Origin: an uncultured delta proteobacterium
GTDB taxonomy: Bacteria; Myxococcota_A; Polyangia; Polyangiales; Polyangiaceae
Reading direction: 5' to 3'
NCBI GenBank assembly: GCA_963806225.1
Contig: CAWDXG010000004.1
Span: forward strand, 672,001-736,000
DNA length: 64,000 nt
A program made the position numbers and the translations under genes. The notes beneath the pieces were generated by a model, which was given only the letters and a program-made list of their open reading frames with translations, had not been told where the DNA came from and ran no database searches. This document shows, piece by piece, positions 54,870 through 64,000 of this stretch (its first letter is position 1; each line of letters starts with the position of its first letter).

Positions 54870-56288
54870 TCAGTTGCAGTCGAACAGTTCCCCATCGACA
54901 ATCGACTCGCTCGTATCCGTGTTGTACTCGTTCCAGACGACGAACACGCTGTTTCCGATGGCGCCTACAGCTACGTCCCGATACTTGATCGACGTGCTGC
55001 TCGACTGCTTCACGACCTGGTGAAGAGCGAGCGGCGTTCCATCAGCCGCGAACACGCTGAAAGCGACCTCGTCTCCCCCGAAGGTGCTTTCCGCGAGCAA
55101 GGTTCGATTCGTGACGTGCGCCGGCTTTCCCGCCAAGCGGATCGCCGGTTGCGAATTGACCGACGCGATGTGCAGCATGTTGGGTGGCGGGACGTTGTCG
55201 AGGGTGGCTAGATCCGAAACCGTCCCCGCGTACAGGTCCAACGGGAAGCCGAAGCCAGCGTCGGGGTCGAAACGCACACTGTAGAGAATGATCGATGTGC
55301 CGCTGGTGCTTTCCCAGGCGGCCAGTGGCCACGACCCGCCGTTCGCACCGAATTGGATCTTCTTCGACTTCGTGAGCGAAGCGGAGCCAAAACTTCCGTA
55401 GAAAACGACCCCCTCGCCCGGAGCTTCGCCCGTGACGAGGACGTACTGGGCGTGCGACAGCGCGAAGCTGGTCACCTCGTACGACCCGTCGAGCGCCTGG
55501 TTCGTCCCAATGGGGTTCCCGTCGACGTACAGATCCATCCCTCCGCTTCCACCGTCGGCATCCTCGACGCACGACATCGCCGAGTGGCGCTGGCCGCTGG
55601 AGTCGTAGATGTAGAACGCTCTCTGGATTGTGGCGCAGGGCGCAGGCACCGGGGCAAAATCCACCGTCGGGGCCGTCCAGTCGATCGGGGACTGGAGCGA
55701 AAAAGAGAGGTCGACCTGTCCCCACCCCGAGTTGTAGTAGTTGCCGTAGCCCGTCACGTGCAGCGTGTTGCCCACGATCTGGGCGCCGGTCACGTGAATG
55801 TCCGGCTGGATGTCCGCGAATTCTGCGAGTCGGCTCGAGCCGGACTGGTCGGTGACGCGCTGGACGAACACGTGGGCTGGGTTCTCGGTGCCCATGACCA
55901 CATACGCTTCGTTGTTGCCGGTCGCGACGAACAGCGAGTTGCTCGCGGTCAGCCCGGTCGTCTGCGTGCCCTTGAGCACGTGGAAGGTCTCGATCCCCGT
56001 GCAGGTCACCTGCGGGCCGGCATCTCCAGCGTCGCCGCCGTCAGGCGCACTGCCGCCGGCGCCGCCGGTCACGCCACCGCTTCCCCCCGCCGCGCCAACT
56101 CCGCCGCTGCCTCCGGTCGCGCCGCCGCTGCCCCCCGTGCCGGCCGAGCCGCCGCTCGCCGATGCATCCGTCTTCTGGTCGGCAAAGTCGCCGAGGCCGA
56201 GCAGACTACCGCAGCCGGGGGCGACGACCATGGCGGCGACCAGCGCGGCGGACGTGATGCCGAACGCCGCACCCCGCGAGGAGCGCAT
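54870..56288 (-). CDS. Hypothetical lipoprotein with Gly-rich linker
   Basis: APGCGSLLGLGDF lipoprotein start; Gly linker; beta-rich domain. Confidence 0.75.
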   Translation of the reverse strand: MRSSRGAAFGITSAALVAAMVVAPGCGSLLGLGDFADQKTDASASGGSAGTGGSGGATGGSGGVGAAGGSGGVTGGAGGSAPDGGDAGDAGPQVTCTGIETFHVLKGTQTTGLTASNSLFVATGNNEAYVVMGTENPAHVFVQRVTDQSGSSRLAEFADIQPDIHVTGAQIVGNTLHVTGYGNYYNSGWGQVDLSFSLQSPIDWTAPTVDFAPVPAPCATIQRAFYIYDSSGQRHSAMSCVEDADGGSGGMDLYVDGNPIGTNQALDGSYEVTSFALSHAQYVLVTGEAPGEGVVFYGSFGSASLTKSKKIQFGANGGSWPLAAWESTSGTSIILYSVRFDPDAGFGFPLDLYAGTVSDLATLDNVPPPNMLHIASVNSQPAIRLAGKPAHVTNRTLLAESTFGGDEVAFSVFAADGTPLALHQVVKQSSSTSIKYRDVAVGAIGNSVFVVWNEYNTDTSESIVDGELFDCN

Positions 56289-57334
56289 CAAAAACTCCCC
56301 GCCATGACCACGCCGCCGCCGTGAGGCCCAACCGCGGGCACCAGACGCGCCGTCGCCGAACCCGGCGGATGCTCCTTTGACGGCTTCGCAGTGAGCACCA
56401 GCACGGTGCCCGCCACGAGCGCGGCCGCGCCGACGCCGAAGCCGATGGTGGAGACGAGTGCCTTGGTCTTCGCGGAATCGATCTCCTTGCGCCCGGCGGG
56501 CGTGCAGACCTTGTCCGGGCAAAGCGTCTTGTCGCTCTTGGCGCTGCTGGCCTGCGAGGACGCCATGAGACCGAACACGGCGCCCACGCCGATCGAGGCG
56601 ATGCCGACGCCGCCCACGACGAATCCAATAGTCTTCATGGATCCGCCGCCGGTTCCCTGGTCACCGCCCGGAGGAGCGCCGGACTGCCCGGGGCTCGTGC
56701 CAGCTCCGCCCGCGGACGCCGCCGGGCTGGAGGCGGCCTGCTCCGGCGCCTTCTCCAGCACGGGCAGCTCGACCGTCACCTTGTCGGCTTCGGCGCCGAC
56801 CTGGAACTTCTTCGTGGCGGACTTGTACCCGGGCGCGTCGAGCTGGACGGTGTGATCGCCGGGATCGACCGCCATCGCAACGCCCAGCGACGCGACGCCC
56901 AGCGAGCGGTCGTCGAGCTTCACGGTGAGCCCCGCCGGGGTTTCCGCTGGCTTCTGCAGGGTGACCTTGGAAAGCTTCGGCTCCAGCGCCGCTGCGCGCT
57001 GGTTGGCGAGGTCCTGCTGCTGGCTGCGGCCCTTGTTGATCGCCAGCGCTGCGGCCGCCTTGTAGTCGGCCCAGGCCGTCGCGGTCTTGCCGATCGAGGC
57101 GTAGCATTCGCCCAGGTTGATCAACGTGCCGGGCGACGGGTCCTGCCGCTGGCTTTCCTCGAGCTTGGCTGCGGCTGCGGCGTACTGCTTCTGCTTCATC
57201 AGCGAGCGCCCGGCTTCGAACAGGGACTCGGCAAGCGCCTTGTCGCCCGCGTGGGCTACTCGTGGCGTGAAGACGCTGGCGATCGCCAGCAGCAATACGG
57301 AAACGATCCGGACGGAGGTCCTAGCGGTATTCAT
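56288..57334 (-). CDS. TPR + PEGA-like domain protein
   Basis: Signal peptide; AESLFEAGR..GTLINLGECY; VDPGDH; C-terminal TM segments. Confidence 0.82.
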   Translation of the reverse strand: MNTARTSVRIVSVLLLAIASVFTPRVAHAGDKALAESLFEAGRSLMKQKQYAAAAAKLEESQRQDPSPGTLINLGECYASIGKTATAWADYKAAAALAINKGRSQQQDLANQRAAALEPKLSKVTLQKPAETPAGLTVKLDDRSLGVASLGVAMAVDPGDHTVQLDAPGYKSATKKFQVGAEADKVTVELPVLEKAPEQAASSPAASAGGAGTSPGQSGAPPGGDQGTGGGSMKTIGFVVGGVGIASIGVGAVFGLMASSQASSAKSDKTLCPDKVCTPAGRKEIDSAKTKALVSTIGFGVGAAALVAGTVLVLTAKPSKEHPPGSATARLVPAVGPHGGGVVMAGSF

Positions 57335-58746
57335 CGGCACTCTTGGTGGCTGTAGCGGTCGGCTTCGGCTTCGGCTTCGGAGAAACGGGCGAGGCATGAT
57401 TGTGAGTCTGCGAGATGACCTTGCTGACGGCGTGATGCTGCGCGAAAGTTGCGGGCTTCTTGGCGGTTTTTGCCGGTGCGCTGCTCGACGGCGCAGGCGC
57501 GCTCGCCGATAGAGCGTCGCTGGCGGACGCGGCCGGCGCGCTCGCCGTGTCGTCGGCAAGCGCGGCCGACGAGGCCGCGGGCGTCGCCGCGAGGGTGCTC
57601 GAACTGGCAGCGGGATCCGCGCTGCCCTTGTTGTGCAGATGCCAGGCGAATAGGCCTCCCCCCACGACGACGAGGAGCCCAAGGAACGCCACGGCCCCGA
57701 CCGCCAGCCCCAGGCTGCTTGACGGCGGGCGGGTCACCGCCGCCGAGAAGATCCGTGGTCGAACCTGGCGCGGCCGGAGCAGGCTGGCCCGGGCCAGTCT
57801 GCGACAGCGACGGCATGGAAGCGCGGGGGGCGTAGCCCGCCGTGCGCGCGATGCGCTCGACGAGCTGTTGCGAGCGCGCGGGCGCCCAGGGAGCGAGCGC
57901 CAGCACCAGCTCCGCAACCGACTGGTAGCGATCGTTGGGATCGCGCTTGAACGCCTTTTCCACGACCTGCGCGAAATCGTACGGCAGGTCCGGGCGCACC
58001 TCGGCGAGCGGCGTCGGGTCGCCGGTCGCCACCAGCACGCACAGCTGCGGGAACGTGTCGGCGGTAAACGGCTGCCGCCCCGAGAGCATTTCGTAGAGCG
58101 AGACGCCGAGGGCGTAGATATCGGCTCGATGATCGACGGAACGCGCGTCGCGCAGCTGCTCGGGCGACATGTACAGCGCAGAGCCCATCGTCGTCGCCGT
58201 ACGCGTCAGCCCCTGCGAGGACGCATCGATCATCTTCGAGATGCCGAAGTCGAGCACCTTGACCAGCGGGGAGCCGTCGGAATGACGCGCAACGAAGAGA
58301 TTGGCCGGCTTGATGTCGCGATGCACGATGCCGAGCGAGTGCGCTTCCGCGATGGCTTCGGCCGCCTGGATAATGGCATCGACGGCGTCCTCGACCGGGA
58401 GCGTACCGGCAGCGAGCAACTGCTGCTCGATATCGCCGCCTTCCAGGTACTCCATCACCATGTACGGTGAGCCGGTCTCCAGCGTGCCGACGTCCGAGAC
58501 CCTCGCCACGTGCTGGCTCTTGATCCTCACCGCTGCACGTGCCTCGCGCAGGAAGCGCGCCGACGCGTCCGGATGTCGTGCGTATTCGGGCAGCAGGAAC
58601 TTGAGCGCTACGCGCTCTTCGAGCTGGATGTGGCGGGCCTCCACGACGACGCCCATGCCCCCCTGGCCGATCACGGACTCGACCCGGTACTTCCCGGCGA
58701 GCACGGTGCCTGGCGTTACGGGCGGTGCCACCCCGTCGGAAGACAT
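57321..58746 (-). CDS. Membrane Ser/Thr kinase with an apparent frameshift near 57750
   Basis: GQGGMG, VALK, HRDIKPAN, DFG, YMSPE in one frame; TM helix and Ala/Ser/Pro tail in the 57321..57917 frame. Confidence 0.8.
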
Positions 58747-58862
58747 TTCGCCCGCATAATCCCCCACAGAGCCCGGGGTCCGCAACTGCCAAGCTTTCCC
58801 CCCGTCGCACGCTGGCGTTTTCGCTGGCGTCCGGGCCTTCGCCCGCGGCATGCGCGGGGTTC

Positions 58863-60425
58863 TCAGCGCCCGCGAGCGATGCGTTCCGCCACGCGCATGC
58901 CGTCCAGCGCGGCACTGACGATGCCGCCGGCATAGCCCGCGCCCTCCCCCGCCGGGTACAACCCGGCCAGATCGGGTGAGACGAGATGCTCCGGATGGCG
59001 CGGGATGCGCACGGGCGAGCTGGTGCGCGACTCCACGCCGATCAACACCGCTTCGTCCGTGAGGTAGCCGCGCAGGCGCCGATCGAACTCGGGGAGCGCT
59101 CTCCTGAGACGCCCTGGAAGCGCGAGTCCGGCAGAGTCCAGCACCTCGGCAATGTTTCCGGCGGAAAGCCCTGGCAGGTAGCTGGAGGCGGGCACGGTGC
59201 TGGAGCCGCGCCCTGCGAGGAAGTCAAGAACCCGTGTCGCCGGTGCGCGCAGCATCCCGCCGCCGGCGTCGAACGCCGCCTGCTCGAGCCGCCGTTGCAG
59301 CTCCACGCCGCCGAGCGGCCCCGCGAAGCCCGCTCGTTGGAGATCCTCGAGCTCGACAGCAACGACCAGCCCCGAGTTGGCGAACGGCGAGTCACGCTGC
59401 GACAGGCTCATGCCGTTGACCACGAGCCCGCCCGGCTCCGTCGATGCCGGCACCACGAACCCGCCCGGGCACATGCAGAACGAGAACACCCCCCGCTCCT
59501 CGACGGTCGCCGCCAGCCGGTAGGCCGCGTTCGGCAGGCGCGGATGTCCGGCCGCCGCGCCGTACTGGATGCGGTTGATGAGCGGCTGCGGATGCTCGAT
59601 GCGCACGCCCAGCGCAAGTGGCTTGGGTTCAAGCCGTACACCTTGCTCCGCCAACATCGTCAGCACGTCGCGTGCTGAATGCCCGGTCGCCAGTACCACG
59701 TGCTCGGCCTCGATTTCCGTGCCGTCGGCGAGGCGCACGCCGGTGACTGCGCGCCGCGGCGCATCGGTCAACAGAGAGACCACCCGGGCCCCGAACCGGA
59801 ATTCGACGCCGACGCCCTCGAGCCGCTCGCGCAGCGCCGTCACGACTTTCGGGAGCCGGTTGGAGCCGATGTGCGGGCGCGCGTCGACCAGGATGTCCGG
59901 CGGCGCCCCGTGCAGCGCCAACAGCTCGAGCACGTCGCGCACGCTGCCGCGCTTGTGCGCCCGGGTGTAGAGCTTGCCGTCGCTGTACGTCCCCGCTCCG
60001 CCTTCGCCGAAACAATAGTTGCTGTCACCGTCCACCACGCCGCGGCGGTTGAGACCCTTGAGGTCGTGGCGCCGCGGCTGCACGCGCTTGCCGCGGTCGA
60101 GGACGACCGAACCCATGCCGTGGCGCGCGAGCTGGTACGCGCAGAACAGGCCCGCTGGTCCGTCGCCGACGATCACCACGCGCGACGGACGCGACACTTC
60201 GCGCAGCGGTGCGCCTCCGGGCTCTCCTCTCGACGGCTCGAAGCCCAAAAGGAGCTTGAAGCGCACCCTTCCCCTACGCGCGTCGATCGAACGGCGCCGG
60301 ACCTCCACGACCGGCAGCGCGCTCTCCTGCACGCCGAGCGCGCGCGCCGCGCGGCGACGCAGGCTCACCTCGTCGTCGGGTTCGTCGAGCCCGAGCTCGA
60401 GCTCCGTTTCCTCGGGTTCAGGCAT
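58863..60425 (-). CDS. Uncharacterised FAD-dependent oxidoreductase (COG2509-like)
   Basis: IVGDGPAG, FGEGGAGTYSDGKL, PHIGSN, ATGHSARD, GVRIEHPQ, FCMCPGG, ESRTSSP, GEGAGYAGGI. Confidence 0.9.
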   Translation of the reverse strand: MPEPEETELELGLDEPDDEVSLRRRAARALGVQESALPVVEVRRRSIDARRGRVRFKLLLGFEPSRGEPGGAPLREVSRPSRVVIVGDGPAGLFCAYQLARHGMGSVVLDRGKRVQPRRHDLKGLNRRGVVDGDSNYCFGEGGAGTYSDGKLYTRAHKRGSVRDVLELLALHGAPPDILVDARPHIGSNRLPKVVTALRERLEGVGVEFRFGARVVSLLTDAPRRAVTGVRLADGTEIEAEHVVLATGHSARDVLTMLAEQGVRLEPKPLALGVRIEHPQPLINRIQYGAAAGHPRLPNAAYRLAATVEERGVFSFCMCPGGFVVPASTEPGGLVVNGMSLSQRDSPFANSGLVVAVELEDLQRAGFAGPLGGVELQRRLEQAAFDAGGGMLRAPATRVLDFLAGRGSSTVPASSYLPGLSAGNIAEVLDSAGLALPGRLRRALPEFDRRLRGYLTDEAVLIGVESRTSSPVRIPRHPEHLVSPDLAGLYPAGEGAGYAGGIVSAALDGMRVAERIARGR

Positions 60426-60528
60426 GGCTGGCGCTACAGCCTAGCGCTGCTGGGCCGTGAGGCATTCCGCATTCGCTGGACGACCCCGGCTTGTCAACCG
60501 CGAAGCAACGCTCCACCGTAGAGCACCC

Positions 60529-61767
60529 ATGGCCCAGCTCGAGTTCTACTATGACTTCTCCTGCCCCTACGCCTACCTCGCCTCCACCCAGATCGAACGG
60601 GTCGCGGAGCGCGCCGGCGCGGAGCTCGTCTACCGGCCGTTCCTGCTCGGGGGTGTCTTCAACGCGCTGGGGCCGGCAGCACCCGATATGGCCCGCATGC
60701 CACCGCCGCGCGCGCGCCTGAACGGTCTCGACATGCACCGCTGGGCGGAGCACTGGCAGGTGCCGCTCAGGATGCCGCCAACGCACCCAAACCGCACAGT
60801 CACCGCCCTGCGCGCCGCGCTCGCCAGCGCCGACCTGCCGCGCGCGAGTCACGCGCTGTTCCGTGCGTACTGGGCGGAGGGCCTCGACTTGTCGGACCCG
60901 GAGGTCGTTCGCGTCACCCTCGACGCCGCAGGACTCGACGGGACACGCCTCGTCGAACGCGCAGGCGATGCAGCGATCAAGAGCGAGCTCCGCGCACGCA
61001 CCGACGAAGCACTGTCGCGCGGCGTGTTCGGCGCGCCCGCGTGTTTCGTCGACGGCGAGCTCTACTGGGGGCAGGACCGGCTCGACCAGGTTGCCCGCGC
61101 GCTCGGGCTCGGACACGACGAGGCACACGCGCTCACGCTCGGCACCCCACCCGCACCCGGTGCCGGCCGCGGGAGGAGCTTCGAGTTCTGGTACGACTTC
61201 TCGAGCCCCTTCGCGTATCTCGCTTCCACACAGGTCGAGGCCCTGGCGGAACGGAGCGGCGCGGATCTCGTGTGGCGGCCGTTCCTGCTCGGGGCATTGT
61301 TCCACGACATCGGCACGCCCGACGTACCGCTGCTGTCGTTTTCCGGGTCGAAGCAACGCTTCCTCCGGAGCGACATGGAGCGCTTTGCGCGCGCCTACGG
61401 CGTGCCGTTCCGGTTCCCCTCGCGCTTCCCGATGCGCACGGTCACGGCGCTGCGCATGGCGCTCGCCGCAGGCGACGACCTGCGCGCCCTGAGCCATGCC
61501 CTGTTCCGCGCCTATTGGGCCGACGACCGCGACATCTCCGATCCGGACGAGCTCCGCGCCATCGCCGAGGGGGCCGGTCTCGAGCCCGCCCTCGTCGATC
61601 GCGCCGCCGAGTACAAACAACCGCTGTTCGCCGCCACCGCACAGGCCAATGCCCGTGGCCTGTGCGGCGCGCCGTCGTTCGTCGTCCAGGACCTCGTCTT
61701 CTGGGGTCAGGACCGGATGACCTTCGTCGAGCACGCGCTCGCAGGCTGGCGACCACGCGTCGGCTAG
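60529..61767 (+). CDS. Tandem-duplicated HCCA isomerase / kappa-GST (DsbA family)
   Basis: Two domains: FYYDFSCPYAYLA..GVFGAP..WGQDR and FWYDFSSPFAYLA..GLCGAP..WGQDR. Confidence 0.88.
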   Translation: MAQLEFYYDFSCPYAYLASTQIERVAERAGAELVYRPFLLGGVFNALGPAAPDMARMPPPRARLNGLDMHRWAEHWQVPLRMPPTHPNRTVTALRAALASADLPRASHALFRAYWAEGLDLSDPEVVRVTLDAAGLDGTRLVERAGDAAIKSELRARTDEALSRGVFGAPACFVDGELYWGQDRLDQVARALGLGHDEAHALTLGTPPAPGAGRGRSFEFWYDFSSPFAYLASTQVEALAERSGADLVWRPFLLGALFHDIGTPDVPLLSFSGSKQRFLRSDMERFARAYGVPFRFPSRFPMRTVTALRMALAAGDDLRALSHALFRAYWADDRDISDPDELRAIAEGAGLEPALVDRAAEYKQPLFAATAQANARGLCGAPSFVVQDLVFWGQDRMTFVEHALAGWRPRVG

Positions 61768-61847
61768 CCGCAGGCTCTGCTTCAGCGAAACACACCGAGC
61801 CGTCGTAATCCGCGAAACTGGCGCGGCCCGCGTCCCGAAGGGGACCC

Positions 61848-62237
61848 ATGAGCAAGAAGCACAAGACCCAGGATCCGGAGGCCCTATTCGTCCGAGCGCT
61901 CGATCGCATCGCGCGCGACCCGGCGACGCGCCGCGAGCTCCTGTGGGTGCGCGCCATGGAGCGCGGCGACGCCCCCGCCGTGGCGAGCATCGAGCGCGTG
62001 GATCCCGGCGTGGCCGACCGTCTCGAACCGCTCGCCTTGCGCATCCTCGAGTGCGCGCTCCCGCCGGCCGACATCGACGATCCAGGCATCCGCCGCGAGC
62101 TCTATCTGCGCATCCACGACGAGCGCTTCCGGCACCACTGCGCCCGTTTCGCGCGCGAACCGTGCGGCTGCATCGAGTGCACCGGGCTCTCGTTCGCCGA
62201 GCAGGGCGCCCGCGACGCGGGTCTGGCGCTGAACTGA
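61848..62237 (+). CDS. Hypothetical protein
   Basis: SD-like AAGGGG; high GC3; C-terminal HC..PCGCIEC. Confidence 0.6.
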   Translation: MSKKHKTQDPEALFVRALDRIARDPATRRELLWVRAMERGDAPAVASIERVDPGVADRLEPLALRILECALPPADIDDPGIRRELYLRIHDERFRHHCARFAREPCGCIECTGLSFAEQGARDAGLALN

Positions 62238-62310
62238 GCCGCACGCGCTGGGCCGAGGCCCTGCTCGAGCCGATTGCGCTGCGGCTCCAGCCGTGGTGCG
62301 CTCGCGCGCG

Positions 62311-62826
62311 ATGGCCGGGAAGAAGAAGGGGAAGCGACAAGGCGAAGCGCCGCTGCGCTTCGAGCACGCCGATCTACACGGCGCGGAGCTTGTCGACGTG
62401 AACGCTTCGGGGCTCAGCGTCGATGACGCGCGGATTGCCGGCGCGTCGCTGCACAACGTGGACCTGTCGAAGCTCGTCATCGACGACGCGAAGCTGAGCG
62501 GCGCCAGGCTCAGCAACGTGGATCTGTCGAAGCTCGTCATCGACGACGCGAAGCTGGGCGGCGCCAGGCTCGGTAACGTAGCGCTCGACCGGATGCGGCT
62601 TCGTGATGCCTCGGCGGTGGGGGCGAAGTTCGAGGACGTGGATCTGTCGCGCGCGTCGTTTTCCGACGCGACGCTGCGGGGCGCCCGGTTGGATGACGTG
62701 GATCTGACCGACGTCCGCATCGACAACGCGCGCCTCGACGGTCTCGTCATCAACGGCGTGCGCATCGACAAGCTGCTCGCCGGAAAGCCGGCGAAGAAGA
62801 AGCGCAAGCGCAAGCGCAAGCAGTAG
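62311..62826 (+). CDS. Pentapeptide repeat protein
   Basis: ADLHG AELVD..AKLSG ARLSN VDLSK..; polybasic termini. Confidence 0.85.
   Translation: MAGKKKGKRQGEAPLRFEHADLHGAELVDVNASGLSVDDARIAGASLHNVDLSKLVIDDAKLSGARLSNVDLSKLVIDDAKLGGARLGNVALDRMRLRDASAVGAKFEDVDLSRASFSDATLRGARLDDVDLTDVRIDNARLDGLVINGVRIDKLLAGKPAKKKRKRKRKQ
62455..62574 (+). repeat. 60-bp tandem duplication within the pentapeptide gene
   Basis: aacgtgga(c/t)ctgtcgaagctcgtcatcgacgacgcgaagctg(a/g)gcggcgccaggctc.. at 62455 and 62515. Confidence 0.9.
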
Positions 62827-62842
62827 CGCGGGCGGAGCGCCG

Positions 62843-63553
62843 CTATTTGGAGGGATGAAGCGGAGCGAACCCTTCGTCGAAGCCCGCGCTGCGCGAGACT
62901 GCGATCACGCCACGATTCGGCGGTAGAAACCACATCAGCGACTGCAGCGCCATCTGGAACGAGGACTCGTCGGGAAAGTCCTCGGGGTGGAGGTTGAACA
63001 CGAGGTTGCGCGAAGGGCGCGCGGCGGGGTCGACCATGACCAGCACCTGCGGCTCGGCGATACCGACAACGCGCTGCAGATACTTCGCGACCACCCGCCG
63101 CGCATACTCCGGGAACATGCGGTCGTTCGGCTGCCCCACCATGATCTGGCGATCCTCGGCGATCTGCTCCGGTCCTCCCCCTTCTCCGGGCTCGTCCTCC
63201 GGATCGCCGTGCAGACTCTGGTACTCGCGGAGCGACCACAGTTGACCGTAGTGGAACACCCACGCAGCGGCGCCCTCGGCGTCCGGATCGATGACGATGC
63301 CGTAGCCGTTTTCCGTGGCGTCCTGTGCGATGGCCGGCACGCTGGTCAGCTTCGCAGCGTCCGCCCCCGGTCCTCTGCTCCTGAGCACACGGTAGGCGAA
63401 GCCGTCCGGCCCCTGCATCAGCTCACCAGGTTCGACCGGCGCTCGCAGCACCGCTTCGTCGAAGCGCTCCTGCCACGCCGCGTCGCGCGCCTCGCGGGGC
63501 ACTTCGAGGAGTTGTCGCAGCGCCTCGCCCGCATCGGCATCGATTCGGATCAT
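62843..63553 (-). CDS. Hypothetical protein (possibly SseB-C-like)
   Basis: QGPDGFAY, WVFHYGQLW, MVGQPNDRMFPEYAR, WFLP. Confidence 0.7.
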   Translation of the reverse strand: MIRIDADAGEALRQLLEVPREARDAAWQERFDEAVLRAPVEPGELMQGPDGFAYRVLRSRGPGADAAKLTSVPAIAQDATENGYGIVIDPDAEGAAAWVFHYGQLWSLREYQSLHGDPEDEPGEGGGPEQIAEDRQIMVGQPNDRMFPEYARRVVAKYLQRVVGIAEPQVLVMVDPAARPSRNLVFNLHPEDFPDESSFQMALQSLMWFLPPNRGVIAVSRSAGFDEGFAPLHPSK

Positions 63554-63596
63554 GCCCGCGAGTAGAGCACCCGCGCCGGCGCTGGCAAAGCGGCGC

Positions 63597-64000
63597 TCAG
63601 GCCGCGCGCCCGGAGCTCTCGAGCTCGTGGCAGAAAAGGCCGGCGTCAACCGCCTCGCGCGCCAGTTCCACCAGATGCTCGTGGTGCGTGAAGAAAAGCA
63701 CCTGAGTCGTGTGCGATAGCTCGGAAAGCACCCCCAGCGCCGCGCGGGCTCGCTGGGGGTCGAAGTGAATCAGAACGTCGTCGAGCACGACCGGCAGCGG
63801 CTCGTTGTGCAGAGCGAACCGCTCCAGGCTCGCCACGCGCAGCGCGAGATACAGCTGGTCGCGCGTCCCGTCGGAAAGCGCCTCGATATCGACGGGCGCG
63901 CCGTCGGCGCGCACGCAGCGCAGTACAGCCTCGTCGTCTTCCCCGAAATCAACCTGCAGCCCCCGGTAGCGCCCGACGGTCAAGCGCGGAAACAGCTCCT
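63597..64000 (-). CDS. C-terminus of a YhaN-like AAA/SMC-type ATPase, partial
   Basis: LSDGTRDQLYLALR, PVVLDDVLIHFD, QVLFFTHH. Confidence 0.88.
   Translation of the reverse strand, partial: ELFPRLTVGRYRGLQVDFGEDDEAVLRCVRADGAPVDIEALSDGTRDQLYLALRVASLERFALHNEPLPVVLDDVLIHFDPQRARAALGVLSELSHTTQVLFFTHHEHLVELAREAVDAGLFCHELESSGRAA

Overview
High-GC, gene-dense bacterial chromosome segment. TIGR02266-type PilZ, kinase-TPR/PEGA-lipoprotein module, many Cys-rich 'DAG/DGG'-linker lipoproteins and an HNH-RuvA-C gene suggest Myxococcota (Polyangia-like); this is an inference. About 55 CDS; I saw no rRNA, tRNA or CRISPR array. Main content: (1) the end of a multiheme cytochrome c / Tat 4Fe-4S / NrfD membrane redox operon; (2) a split anaerobic purine-catabolism-type system, with locus A (7.7-15.7 kb: YgfK-like, Glu/Leu/Phe/Val dehydrogenase, carbamate kinase, YgeW, YgeY-like) and locus B (32.9-39.7 kb: fused 2Fe-2S/Mo hydroxylase, SsnA-like, two fold-type-II PLP enzymes); (3) a beta-helix / diheme peroxidase / SO2930-like cytochrome operon; (4) three Ser/Thr kinases, one fused to a macro domain and one frameshifted; (5) a rearranged 15.7-21.2 kb patch with palindromes, two truncated genes, an HNH gene and an amber-interrupted lipoprotein. 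The best candidate for a novel system is the variant purine pathway: its YgfK lacks the FAD/NAD(P) module, is coupled to an amino-acid dehydrogenase, and dpaL appears to be replaced by other PLP enzymes. All family calls come from motif recognition by eye; no searches were run.
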